A DNA stretch of 64,000 nucleotides from a virus (taxonomy: Duplodnaviria > Caudoviricetes). The translations under genes were made by a program, and so were the position numbers. The stretch lies in IMG/VR virus record IMGVR_UViG_3300005077_000014, positions 1-64,000 of that record. One strand, 5' to 3'. The stretch's first letter is position 1; each line of letters starts with the position of its first letter. This document shows, in pieces, positions 18,018 through 27,580 of the stretch. The notes under the pieces were generated by a model. The model made no database searches. It saw nothing but the letters and a program-made list of their open reading frames with translations, and was not told the origin of the DNA.

Positions 18018-19967
18018 ATGGCCTATTCTTATTCTCCAAAACATTTAGGAGTAGGGACAATCGGCGGAAACGGTATCTGGCTGATTAAAGAATGCCAACA
18101 TGCTCCAGGCGGAGAAGCATGGCTATCAGAAGCGAATACGAACTTGAATACTACGAGAGCATTAGTAGACGCTTTGACTTTCAATGGACAGCTTCCTTAT
18201 ATCGGAGAGCTTGCACGACCATTAGACTTTGTTCACGGATACAATAAAAGCGTTGCGCCGGTGAGTCCGCTCTGGGCTAACTGTATTACTGTTGCTCAGT
18301 TTGGTGTTGATAGATGGGTGAATCACGCTACATTTGACGGTTATAATCTGTATGCCAAATACTACTCAGTAGAGCAGCAGTCACAGATTCAGAGACACGC
18401 TCACAGAGTTTTATACAATAACGTCAAGGGTAGCTTTGTCACATCAGCGACTCGTATTCAGGTAGGAGAATCCGGTTATTTTGATCCTCTTCCTGGTCTA
18501 TTTGTGATAGAACCAGTAGCAGGGACTATTGATATCGGTGTTTCTTGTGATGTCACAATCAAGTTTCATCCTAACAGAAGGCTCTACTGGGGTGCCGGAG
18601 ATACCATCGAATCTGCTTATCTTGATATAAGTTATGGTAGCGTGAATCATCCTTATTTAAGGAATGTTGATAATGCTGTAACCGTGAGTCTTGCTGCCGG
18701 AAATGCGAATAAGCACGTAATACCTGGAGTCTCAATTACGTTCTCAACAGCTCCTTTATACGGTGACAAATGCATCATATCTATAGGCTACGAATACGTG
18801 AATGCCAGAGCAAATCTTTCTGATGGCTCTGGTGCTTTGGATTATTATTTTCCGCAATCTGATTGGGGATTACAGCCGTATGATCTGTCAGGAGACAACG
18901 ATAGAGACTTTCAATCAAAAATATCGGTGGATGCTACCTATGACCTGGATGATTTCGGGAAATGGTACGCTTACAACGTCACGGGAGATGTTTTAGAAGA
19001 TTGTAAATTCACTATCTGCCCGCTTGTGCGACTCGATCAAGGCAATGCGATTACTCCATTCGATTCATGGTTTCAGGGATTCGACGCAATTACTGAGCTT
19101 CCAGAATCAAGTTCTGCCTACACGCTTACGTTTTCAGGTTATGATTCAGTCAATGGGACGATCAATCTGAATTGCTCCTATGGAAGCGTAAGCATGTTGA
19201 TCAGAGAGATTGATGCGATTACATTTCAGTCAACAGGAACGACGCATAGTGATGGAGAGGGTCTGAAATGCGACGGTGCGACTCTTTATAGATGGGATGC
19301 GGTAGGTGTTTATTTTAAAGTTGCTACTACTGCGAGAAACGGAAATACCGCTCTAGTCTATGTTAAACCAGGACAAGCGCAAGAGCAGTATGTCAAGATG
19401 AACGGGACAACAAGCACTCCGTGGAGTTATTTAGTTACTCCGTGGGCGTTGCAAGAGGGGCCGACGCAGCAAGTCATCGGTGGTTGGGACGGAATCACAA
19501 ATTCAGGCACAGGTGCTAAATACCCCATTAGTCATTGCGTTCCTGAGTCGATACGCACAGGCATTATCCAGACTCAAGGATACGATCTAGAATTTTTCAA
19601 CGCTGACGTTCATGCTACCAACGAACATTGGTATAATCATTATTTTCAAATCGCCACTATCATGACGAGTGCTGGCATGGATATCGATTCAAATCCATAC
19701 GAACACGCGTTGATGGTTACATGCGACGATCCAAGGCACTTTCAAGTGGTGCCGAGAAGAATGACGTTTACACCAGCGAGACATCAAGGCGGCGAAGGGT
19801 CATCAGTGCCTAAACTTACAGCGAACGTTGGTGTAGTAGATACAGACCTTGAGCTAAAGCTGACAGCAAACGTGCAAGAGCGAGATGGAAGCCTTGTGCT
19901 TCGCATTAATCAGGTGAGTAGTGAACTCATGTCGATTCTTGAAGAGGCAGGGGTAACAGTAGAATGA
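18018..19967 (+). CDS. Hypothetical tail-module protein
   Basis: 649 aa, G/T/S/Y/W-rich. Confidence 0.6.
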   Translation: MAYSYSPKHLGVGTIGGNGIWLIKECQHAPGGEAWLSEANTNLNTTRALVDALTFNGQLPYIGELARPLDFVHGYNKSVAPVSPLWANCITVAQFGVDRWVNHATFDGYNLYAKYYSVEQQSQIQRHAHRVLYNNVKGSFVTSATRIQVGESGYFDPLPGLFVIEPVAGTIDIGVSCDVTIKFHPNRRLYWGAGDTIESAYLDISYGSVNHPYLRNVDNAVTVSLAAGNANKHVIPGVSITFSTAPLYGDKCIISIGYEYVNARANLSDGSGALDYYFPQSDWGLQPYDLSGDNDRDFQSKISVDATYDLDDFGKWYAYNVTGDVLEDCKFTICPLVRLDQGNAITPFDSWFQGFDAITELPESSSAYTLTFSGYDSVNGTINLNCSYGSVSMLIREIDAITFQSTGTTHSDGEGLKCDGATLYRWDAVGVYFKVATTARNGNTALVYVKPGQAQEQYVKMNGTTSTPWSYLVTPWALQEGPTQQVIGGWDGITNSGTGAKYPISHCVPESIRTGIIQTQGYDLEFFNADVHATNEHWYNHYFQIATIMTSAGMDIDSNPYEHALMVTCDDPRHFQVVPRRMTFTPARHQGGEGSSVPKLTANVGVVDTDLELKLTANVQERDGSLVLRINQVSSELMSILEEAGVTVE

Positions 19968-20050
19968 GCGCAGATTATGCAGACTTTGCGTTTGCTTTCT
20001 GCGTTCTGGTGTTAATACCTTTACTATTCTGGATGATGGATGGTCGATAA
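19964..20050 (+). CDS. 28-aa hydrophobic mini-protein
   Basis: MSADYADFAFAFCVLVLIPLLFWMMDGR; ATGA overlap upstream and TAATG overlap downstream. Confidence 0.5.
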   Translation: MSADYADFAFAFCVLVLIPLLFWMMDGR

Positions 20051-20601
20051 TGCCCTACTGGAAATTTGCAGGAAATAAGAATAATTCACCTTCGATACCG
20101 CTTTACGTTTACGGAGAAGAGTTCGATTTCTCTATGACGTTCGTTAACGATACTACAGCTGATTTTACAGGTTGTTATCTATTCGTTCACAGAGAATTTA
20201 TTGAGCTACTTCAAGCTAAAGTAGCAGATGAAGCGGTATATCGTGTCGTAATGGGAAACCAAGACCCTAACTGTTACGTCGGCACTCTTCCCGTAGGCGA
20301 AACGCAAATCGACTTCAGATTGAAAAACGATAGTGAACTACTTACAGGTCTTCGGAATCTTTATATCCCTGTTTATGTCGCTCATGATGACGGATCTCCG
20401 GTGCCTTGTTATTTATGGTTTGGGGATTCAGAACCTTTGCTCTGGAAAGACTGCTATGAACATGCTGCTTTCTGGCGAGAAGACTATGCCGGAGTAGATG
20501 AAACTGCGGTATGCCTTGGAGTAGATACAAGAGACGGCTTCTTAGATTCGCTAGAGCCGGGACTATTTGAGGATTCAGCAGAACCAGGATTGTGGGAATA
20601 A
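20050..20601 (+). CDS. Hypothetical tail-module protein
   Basis: 183 aa ORF in operon. Confidence 0.55.
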   Translation: MPYWKFAGNKNNSPSIPLYVYGEEFDFSMTFVNDTTADFTGCYLFVHREFIELLQAKVADEAVYRVVMGNQDPNCYVGTLPVGETQIDFRLKNDSELLTGLRNLYIPVYVAHDDGSPVPCYLWFGDSEPLLWKDCYEHAAFWREDYAGVDETAVCLGVDTRDGFLDSLEPGLFEDSAEPGLWE

Positions 20602-20834
20602 AGAAAGTGAGAAGTCGTGCATATAGAAGATCACAGAGAGACAGGATGATAAAACATGCAGAGCATGTCATTAAATATTGTTGGGGGCTTGATTCAACAG
20701 ACATTAATGACAACGCTTTTATTCAACGTTATGCCGATAATCTAAAGCTTTGTTCCTGTTCGACTTGTGGTAATCCCAGAAGAATCTCGGGTAAGAAAAC
20801 CAGACAAGAGTTGATTCATGAAGATTATTATTGA
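20592..20834 (+). CDS. Small basic protein with CSCxxCGNPR motif
   Basis: LKLCSCSTCGNPRRISGKKTRQE; overlaps both neighbours. Confidence 0.55.
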   Translation: MGIKKVRSRAYRRSQRDRMIKHAEHVIKYCWGLDSTDINDNAFIQRYADNLKLCSCSTCGNPRRISGKKTRQELIHEDYY

Positions 20835-22854
20835 CCCTAAAGTTTCATCTCAGAAGAAAACGCAAGCCCAAACGCCGAAGAAGCGTCAGACCGATTGGCC
20901 GACAAAACCCATGGGCGCTAGAGACGAAACTATTCTCACGCTTGATATCAGCTTCTTTAATGGTGCGACGCAACGGGACGCTGGTGATCCTTCAGGATTC
21001 AGAATTTGGGATAAGCGCGTTGACGAGACACTTCAAGCTGATGAAACGCATACCATCACAGATCCTCACGAGGTTGGTAGTTATACATTCAACTTCAAAC
21101 AAAACGCCTTTGCTATAGATGATGATGCTTATGAAGAGTTTTGGAATCAGGACAATCCGTATGATAGACAGCCCCTCGAACGCTATACAATGGGAGATTT
21201 GAACGACAATAATGGGATCATGCCCACAGGAGCAATGAAGAGCAACATTAATGTTGAACTGGTAGATAATCAAGGCAATGCTCTGGATTCTATGAGTGCT
21301 TACAGAATCATTAAACAAGAGCTTCCGGCAGAGTTTCTTCATACGTCTCAGGGTATGGGATATCGTTGGTTCAATCCGCCTAATGGATATCATATTCGAG
21401 TTTCCGAACAGACTGCTCAGTCTCATTATCTAATGTCCGGATTCGGTGTTCCTTACTATATGACAAGCGTTGATAATGCACAGAAGCCGTATCCGTGGGA
21501 AACTGGAACAGGCGACGAAGTGCTTCAGAAATCTGCTTGGTTTGGCGACCCAGCTATTACCCTAGATTCTGTTCAAGAAGCAGATTACAAGTTGAGGAAT
21601 CTTTTTTGGTATCCTTTCGACACCTCAGACACTACTAATTTTAAGCTGACAAGGATGCCTAAATACAATTGCACTGCTGAAGAAGAGTTCACTGACGGGC
21701 AAGTGCTCAAGATGGACTCGGTGCATGTTGAAATCAGCATCTATCTAATACCGAGACCGCTTCATGCGTTAATGCGCTTCTCTGAAGGAACGACAGACGA
21801 TGTTTTTGGTATTTGGAGTCCGTGCCCGCGTGATTACATGCTGCCTGCGCCGCGAACTACTGGAGCATGGGAGTTGGGTGCTGGCGCTCCTGGATCTATT
21901 TGGATCAACCCGCCACTCAGTCAGGAGATCGTCTACACCGGCGGCGAATCAGGAATAGTTTGGACTCCAGAAGCAGATACAGCATTAGACAATGGGCTTT
22001 ATTTACTTCACACAATACCCAATACAAGAGCAATTTATCGAAGACCTACAGAGACTATCTATTACGATGAAGCGCCATTTGCCAATGTTTATGATCAGCT
22101 TCAGTTTGATCAGGAAATAAGAAGCTATCAAGATCCTGTTTCTGGCGAATGGATTGATTATATGGCGACTTGGTACGAGTCGTTTACATGGTTATACGGC
22201 CAATTCCAGAAAGACGCTGATGGCTTTTTCTTTTCATCATTTGATTCGTTGCACTGTTGGAATTGGGCTGATTTAGATGTTGGAAGACTTCCTCCTGGTG
22301 CGGTAGTTTGTGAAGAAGACGGTCTAACATGGACTCTAGGCGGCAGACTCTGCCACAATCACTTTGAATGTTTCTGGGGTAGTGCTCCTGATGGCAAGAT
22401 TCCTGCAATGCTGCTAAAGCAGATACCTAGTGGATCGGGACCATGCGACAACACGCAGACGCTTACGAAGAATGCCCTCATTTATGATCCTGATAACTAT
22501 GAGGATGACTCCATAGACAGTGTATTAGCTGCTGGATTTCTTTCTAACAGCATTTGTGGGGGCAGATCGTATTCGACTATGGATTCGCTTCTTCTTTCGA
22601 TAGGAGAAGCAAAAGAGGGCGATTTAGTGGGCATGATTCTTACACGCCAAGGGCCAATCTATGTTTGGCGACGAACTGACGAGAATCTAAATAGAGAGGT
22701 TCCAGAAGATTGCCCGGATTCAACGCTGCTCTTGGGTTCTAACTGGCAGTGGAATCACTTCGAGTCCTACAGAAGAGTCGCTGCTGTTCCTTGTCCAGAG
22801 ATCTATAACGTAGTTCCTAATACTTGGGAACCCGAACAAGTTGAGGCAGGATAG
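20818..22854 (+). CDS. Hypothetical tail-module protein
   Basis: 678 aa, acidic, W/Y/P-rich. Confidence 0.6.
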   Translation: MKIIIDPKVSSQKKTQAQTPKKRQTDWPTKPMGARDETILTLDISFFNGATQRDAGDPSGFRIWDKRVDETLQADETHTITDPHEVGSYTFNFKQNAFAIDDDAYEEFWNQDNPYDRQPLERYTMGDLNDNNGIMPTGAMKSNINVELVDNQGNALDSMSAYRIIKQELPAEFLHTSQGMGYRWFNPPNGYHIRVSEQTAQSHYLMSGFGVPYYMTSVDNAQKPYPWETGTGDEVLQKSAWFGDPAITLDSVQEADYKLRNLFWYPFDTSDTTNFKLTRMPKYNCTAEEEFTDGQVLKMDSVHVEISIYLIPRPLHALMRFSEGTTDDVFGIWSPCPRDYMLPAPRTTGAWELGAGAPGSIWINPPLSQEIVYTGGESGIVWTPEADTALDNGLYLLHTIPNTRAIYRRPTETIYYDEAPFANVYDQLQFDQEIRSYQDPVSGEWIDYMATWYESFTWLYGQFQKDADGFFFSSFDSLHCWNWADLDVGRLPPGAVVCEEDGLTWTLGGRLCHNHFECFWGSAPDGKIPAMLLKQIPSGSGPCDNTQTLTKNALIYDPDNYEDDSIDSVLAAGFLSNSICGGRSYSTMDSLLLSIGEAKEGDLVGMILTRQGPIYVWRRTDENLNREVPEDCPDSTLLLGSNWQWNHFESYRRVAAVPCPEIYNVVPNTWEPEQVEAG

Positions 22855-23240
22855 TGAAGATTCAAGACGAACCTATCGACATCTATCGAGTAGAAGGCGG
22901 GAACTTCTTCGGTCATGTTGAGTTGCCAGAAGTTACTCGACTAGCAGCAGATCCCCCAGAGATTGCGCTGAAACTGCAATTCGACAAATGGGGCCGTTGG
23001 ATAGAATATCCGCACGAAGTAGAGAGGACGTTCTCCATTTCAGATGACGTTCATTATAACGGCACTCTTGGGAGATTCACTTATGATAATCAGCCAGAAG
23101 CGCCAACAACTGCATTTCACGAAGCAGCTATCGATTTAGGCAGAAACGTTCATCCCATTATATACAGAAATCGCTCTCCGAGAGCATTCTTCGAGCGTTT
23201 CAATCATCAGATTCCTTGTGGTTACACTTCAATCAGGTAG
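22854..23240 (+). CDS. Hypothetical protein
   Basis: 128 aa, GTG start overlapping the upstream stop. Confidence 0.5.
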   Translation: MKIQDEPIDIYRVEGGNFFGHVELPEVTRLAADPPEIALKLQFDKWGRWIEYPHEVERTFSISDDVHYNGTLGRFTYDNQPEAPTTAFHEAAIDLGRNVHPIIYRNRSPRAFFERFNHQIPCGYTSIR

Positions 23241-23247
23241 GTAACAA

Positions 23248-25209
23248 ATGACTATTGCAGCAACATATATCAATTCCGCGCAGTTTTCAGTTGAAGGAGA
23301 TCAGTTAAACTTCTTGAACATGAATCAGAAGATCATTTTGGTTCAGACTCCAGACGATGATCTCTATACTAAAATTTTGGCTATTCTTTACGATGCTGGG
23401 ACAGACAAAACCATAGCTACAGTCTACACGACTGAAGAAGAATTCATCACCTCAAACCTATCTGAAGTGTTACGCGGCCCTACTTTTAATAACACTACTA
23501 CAGGCCGAACTAATCAGGCAGACCACTTCCATCCTGACGAAGCTTTTGGTCTGATAACTGATGATGATGTAGCCACTAGACTCAATTCTATGGGGGCCGT
23601 AGGCGCTTCGGTTGCGGACTTCATTCAGTGTATCAATTCGCTTGGAACTGATGTCGAAAAACGAGAATTGCTCGGGACTTCCGATCAAATTACGATTACG
23701 TTTGCAGAGGGCACAATCACCCTTTCTCTGCCTCAGAGCATAGCTACAGACTCGACTCCAGAGTTCTCGAATGCGATCCTTTCTTCGCTTCAAGGTATAG
23801 TGACTGCCGGAAGCGACGGGACTCTTGCTGCCATTAATCCATCAGCGAATCAGATAGTCAGAAAGAATGTTGCAGGGACTGCTCTTGAAGCCGCTGATCT
23901 TTCACTTCAGAATCTTAAAGATGTTTACGGCACTCCGTCAGCAGAAGGACAGGTGCCCACATGGTCTGTTTCTGGAGATAGATTTGAGTATTCGATACCC
24001 GCTGGTGGGACAGGCGGTGGGGGCGCTTCTCTTCCTTTGATCTACTCAATTGCTACTATGCTAAAAGGGTCTGGAGGGGGAACGTCAACAGTCAGCATCT
24101 CAAGTCTTGACGGCGACAAGCTTGTTATTGATTGGGAACCTGCAAACTACACTCCCACAGACGTTGATGAGACTGAGCTTACTACAGAGCTTGCAGCGCA
24201 TTTGAAAGGTGTAGACTTAGCTCTTCTTTCTCCTGATTTATATTCGTATTGTCCCAAGCCTGTTCTCTTCAAATCAGACAGCCAGTTAACACTCCAGGCA
24301 GGCGACTACTACGCTCTTGGATATCGACACAGAGGAGAATACGAACGTCATTCGACAACAAAAATCACCGTAGCATCAAATACTGATGTTACGATCTCTT
24401 CTGCTATTTCTGGAGGCAAACCGAACGACTCCTGGTTTTCTGTGTTTCTAAGAAATCCGTCGAGTCCTGGGCTTCTGATTTTGCCTTATATTCATGTGAA
24501 GGCTTCTTCTTACGTGAGCGGCAGCACTCGTGTCGAAATAGGTAGCCACCTAGATCATGAGGTTGCGAATGATGACTTTCTTACTGCGGCGGACCAGTGG
24601 AATTCATATAGGCTGATGAAAATCAGCTATGATGCTTACGATGGTTACACGTATGACATAGCGACTTCGGTCACTACATCAGGTGATTATGTGACTATCG
24701 TAGGCGACAAAACGACAGAAATTCTAGCTGGCGATTGGCTGGCAATGATTCCAGATTCGACTGATGATTTCGTGTATCTCGGTGTAATCTACATAAACAC
24801 TGGTTGGAATCTAGAGCATCAGATGCGTCAGCCAGGAACGTGGGATTATCCGAGAAAACACATAGATGCTCCATGGATTGCCGGAAATTCAAGCGACGAA
24901 GCAGACAACACAAGTTTGATAGAAGCAGTTTCACCTAATGCCCACGAAGCTCAAATGGCTGTTACCCTGATGTCTGGCTCGACAGATGTTACTGGCCTTG
25001 AAGTGACGCTCTATGGCGGAGCCTCGTTAGAGGTTTGTTTACACGATTTCGTAACTGCCGGGGCCGAAGCAGTGATGAGCAATTCGCATCCAGTGAGATG
25101 GTTTTTTTCGCATCCCGCAACCGTGAGAAATTCTATGATTCAAGAGGTTGAGGGCGAATGGGAAGGCGTTTCTGAGGGATATTTTGAAGTTTACTCTTAC
25201 AGTGAATAA
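23248..25209 (+). CDS. Putative tail fibre
   Basis: 653 aa; GTGGGG hinge; shares N-terminal and LxGTxxxITxT-ITLxLPQ modules with 25624-26898. Confidence 0.65.
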   Translation: MTIAATYINSAQFSVEGDQLNFLNMNQKIILVQTPDDDLYTKILAILYDAGTDKTIATVYTTEEEFITSNLSEVLRGPTFNNTTTGRTNQADHFHPDEAFGLITDDDVATRLNSMGAVGASVADFIQCINSLGTDVEKRELLGTSDQITITFAEGTITLSLPQSIATDSTPEFSNAILSSLQGIVTAGSDGTLAAINPSANQIVRKNVAGTALEAADLSLQNLKDVYGTPSAEGQVPTWSVSGDRFEYSIPAGGTGGGGASLPLIYSIATMLKGSGGGTSTVSISSLDGDKLVIDWEPANYTPTDVDETELTTELAAHLKGVDLALLSPDLYSYCPKPVLFKSDSQLTLQAGDYYALGYRHRGEYERHSTTKITVASNTDVTISSAISGGKPNDSWFSVFLRNPSSPGLLILPYIHVKASSYVSGSTRVEIGSHLDHEVANDDFLTAADQWNSYRLMKISYDAYDGYTYDIATSVTTSGDYVTIVGDKTTEILAGDWLAMIPDSTDDFVYLGVIYINTGWNLEHQMRQPGTWDYPRKHIDAPWIAGNSSDEADNTSLIEAVSPNAHEAQMAVTLMSGSTDVTGLEVTLYGGASLEVCLHDFVTAGAEAVMSNSHPVRWFFSHPATVRNSMIQEVEGEWEGVSEGYFEVYSYSE

Positions 25210-25224
25210 TAGGAGATAAGAAAA

Positions 25225-25584
25225 ATGGCTGATGCAGTTTCAGATTATGGTTTGTTGAGAGATGAAGCCTCGTTAGATGCGGGCGCTTCTGAAGAGATAT
25301 CAATCATAGCTGCCGCTGGGCAGGACATAAGAGTATCAGAAGTCACGGCATCGATGGCCTTCGTTTTGATGGGCTTGGCTGTTCTAGTCTCAAACAGCAG
25401 CACCTTTGTTCCTGTTTCAGTAGGTTGTGATAGTGCAAGCGAGTCTTGGACTACTCTATACACTGTTCCTGAAGGCTACACTTTCATGGGAACGTTGAAA
25501 TGTTTAAATGTCGGCTCGTCTTCTGGAACTTACTCATTCGGCGTGACTGTAACTGAAGTAGAAGGCGAATCTCCTGGAGCATAA
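25225..25584 (+). CDS. Hypothetical fibre-associated protein
   Basis: 119 aa, RBS AGGAG. Confidence 0.5.
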   Translation: MADAVSDYGLLRDEASLDAGASEEISIIAAAGQDIRVSEVTASMAFVLMGLAVLVSNSSTFVPVSVGCDSASESWTTLYTVPEGYTFMGTLKCLNVGSSSGTYSFGVTVTEVEGESPGA

Positions 25585-25623
25585 ACGTTTACAACTTCTC
25601 AAGCAAATGCTAGGTGAACTATC

Positions 25624-26898
25624 ATGATAATGGCAAGCTACGTTTCGACAACGACATTCAAGGTTTCAGGCGATAAAACTCCCAACTACAAAAAGGGACA
25701 GAGAATAACGTGTATAATGACCTCGGGTAGCTGCGAGGCGACCGTAGTTTCTGCTGAAGTCGATGTAAATAATACCGTCGTGACGATCACTCCAGACAGT
25801 GGGGCTTCGCTCAATGCCACGCTTTACAGGGTTACGCTCGGAAACACTTATTCAGACACAGACAATGAATCTGGAAACCTAGCAGAGCATGAGCATAAGA
25901 ATCCGTGGAGCGGCAAATACATTCCGGCGGCGATGCTTTCAGAAGCAGAGAAAGACAATCTTCAGACGATTGATATTCCTGTTTCTGGAGATGCTGGCAA
26001 GCTGCTTGCTGTCGCTCCTACGTTTTCAAACGGATATCAATTGAAGACGCTTGCTGGAACGACAAACAGAATTACAGTCACTATTACTGACGGCTTGATC
26101 ACGCTCAACTTGCCACAGGATTTTCATACTGCTGCTTCGATTCAGCTTGCGCAATTGATTCTTTCTTCGCTGCTTGTCGGAACAGAACGAACGACTCCTG
26201 GAGATAATGCACCGACAGGCACCCGAAGATTTTACCCAAAAACAACGGGCTGGGTCGATCAAGATGACGCTGGGGTGGAGACTGCTTTCTCTATGGATGG
26301 GCATTCTCATGCTCACTCGGCAATAACAGGAAAAGACACTGACGGTCATCCAGCAAGCGTAATTGCTCCAGTGACGACAAACTTTGACGGAATCTTGAGT
26401 TCGTCTGACGACACTGTTCAAAAGGCACTGGACACAATAGACGATTTCACACTGGCCGTTGCCGATTTATCTGACTGGCCCACCGATGTCTCCACAACTG
26501 AGGTTGGGTATCTTAATGGAGTGACAGGCGCTATCCAAACACAAATTGGCGCAAAAGAGTCCAGTGACAGTCTCAAGCTGAAAAAAACCATTACAACACT
26601 GACAGATGCGGCCACAGTTACGCCTGACTTTTCAGCTTCAAACAATTTCACAATCACTCTTGGCGGCGACAGGACATTCGCGAATCCAACTGGTGCATCT
26701 GCCGGCTACGATGGAATCATTTATTTTGTCCAGGGCACAGGCGGGAGTCACGAGCCGACATTTGAATATGCCTATCGCTTTGTTGCCGCGCCTGTTTGGT
26801 CAACGGCTGAAGGCGCTGTTGATGCGATAAAATATTGGGTGCGAAGCGCCGACAATATTGTGTGTGAGTTTCTAAAGGGAATCGGGCTGACGAGTTAA
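25624..26898 (+). CDS. Putative tail fibre
   Basis: 424 aa; GHSHAH collar-like motif; C-terminal domain (TLTDAATVTPDFSASNNFTITLGGDRT) shared with 27581-29644. Confidence 0.7.
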   Translation: MIMASYVSTTTFKVSGDKTPNYKKGQRITCIMTSGSCEATVVSAEVDVNNTVVTITPDSGASLNATLYRVTLGNTYSDTDNESGNLAEHEHKNPWSGKYIPAAMLSEAEKDNLQTIDIPVSGDAGKLLAVAPTFSNGYQLKTLAGTTNRITVTITDGLITLNLPQDFHTAASIQLAQLILSSLLVGTERTTPGDNAPTGTRRFYPKTTGWVDQDDAGVETAFSMDGHSHAHSAITGKDTDGHPASVIAPVTTNFDGILSSSDDTVQKALDTIDDFTLAVADLSDWPTDVSTTEVGYLNGVTGAIQTQIGAKESSDSLKLKKTITTLTDAATVTPDFSASNNFTITLGGDRTFANPTGASAGYDGIIYFVQGTGGSHEPTFEYAYRFVAAPVWSTAEGAVDAIKYWVRSADNIVCEFLKGIGLTS

Positions 26899-26938
26899 GA
26901 GACGACAAGGGTTATTGTTTTCTTGTCGTCTCTTTTTT
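26897..26938 (+). terminator. Rho-independent terminator inside the tail module
   Basis: 13-bp stem AAGAGACGACAAG / CTTGTCGTCTCTT followed by a T run. Confidence 0.8.
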
Positions 26939-27042
26939 GCCTTTCGAGCTAACCTGATTGATAAACAACTTCTCATTTTCGCCTTGACATTTACCTATTT
27001 GGTAATTACAAAGGCCCAAATAATTGATTATGGGGTGTAATT

Positions 27043-27483
27043 ATGCCCACAGTAAGAAATGATGGAACTAAGCCGGTTGTAATTGGAAGCGAGATTGTGG
27101 GGCCTGGAATTGGGCCGGTTGCAGTCAAAAAATATCCGCATCCTGACCAGACTGATGTTGTGTTGGTGAGTGATGAGCCACGAACAAATACACCTGTATT
27201 GTTGTTCGGTGACACATTGCCGTCTGGGACAATAGATGGGCTGGCAGCGTATCGGTATCTGGATGTTTACAACAAGAGTGGCAACGACATCACAATTGTC
27301 TATAACGGCGATACAGACAACGCTGACATCTGGCCCAACGGCACCCGTTTTGTTCGGACAAACTTTCAAGACTATCACTCAATGACAATTACTGGCGACG
27401 GGACGACAAACGTTTATGTGTGGGGCACCAAAGCGTCTGCTGATGACAATGTGGGTTTGCCGATATTAAGCAGAGTGGCTTAG
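27043..27483 (+). CDS. Hypothetical protein
   Basis: 146 aa after the terminator and a TTGACA-17-TACAAA promoter candidate (26984-27012). Confidence 0.6.
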   Translation: MPTVRNDGTKPVVIGSEIVGPGIGPVAVKKYPHPDQTDVVLVSDEPRTNTPVLLFGDTLPSGTIDGLAAYRYLDVYNKSGNDITIVYNGDTDNADIWPNGTRFVRTNFQDYHSMTITGDGTTNVYVWGTKASADDNVGLPILSRVA

Positions 27484-27510
27484 GCATAATTTGATTTAGA
27501 CAAAACAGCT

Positions 27511-27560
27511 CAGCAATTACGACATAACCAGCAATTACGACACAACCAGCAATTGCGACC
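27511..27560 (+). repeat. Tandem 18-bp repeat, about 2.8 copies
   Basis: CAGCAATTACGACATAAC CAGCAATTACGACACAAC CAGCAATTGCGACC. Confidence 0.85.
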
Positions 27561-27580
27561 CTTTCGCCTGGAGAATTAAT

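Noticed and set aside
27511-27560. Mini CRISPR array
   Set aside because: Repeats are contiguous with no spacers, and no cas genes are present
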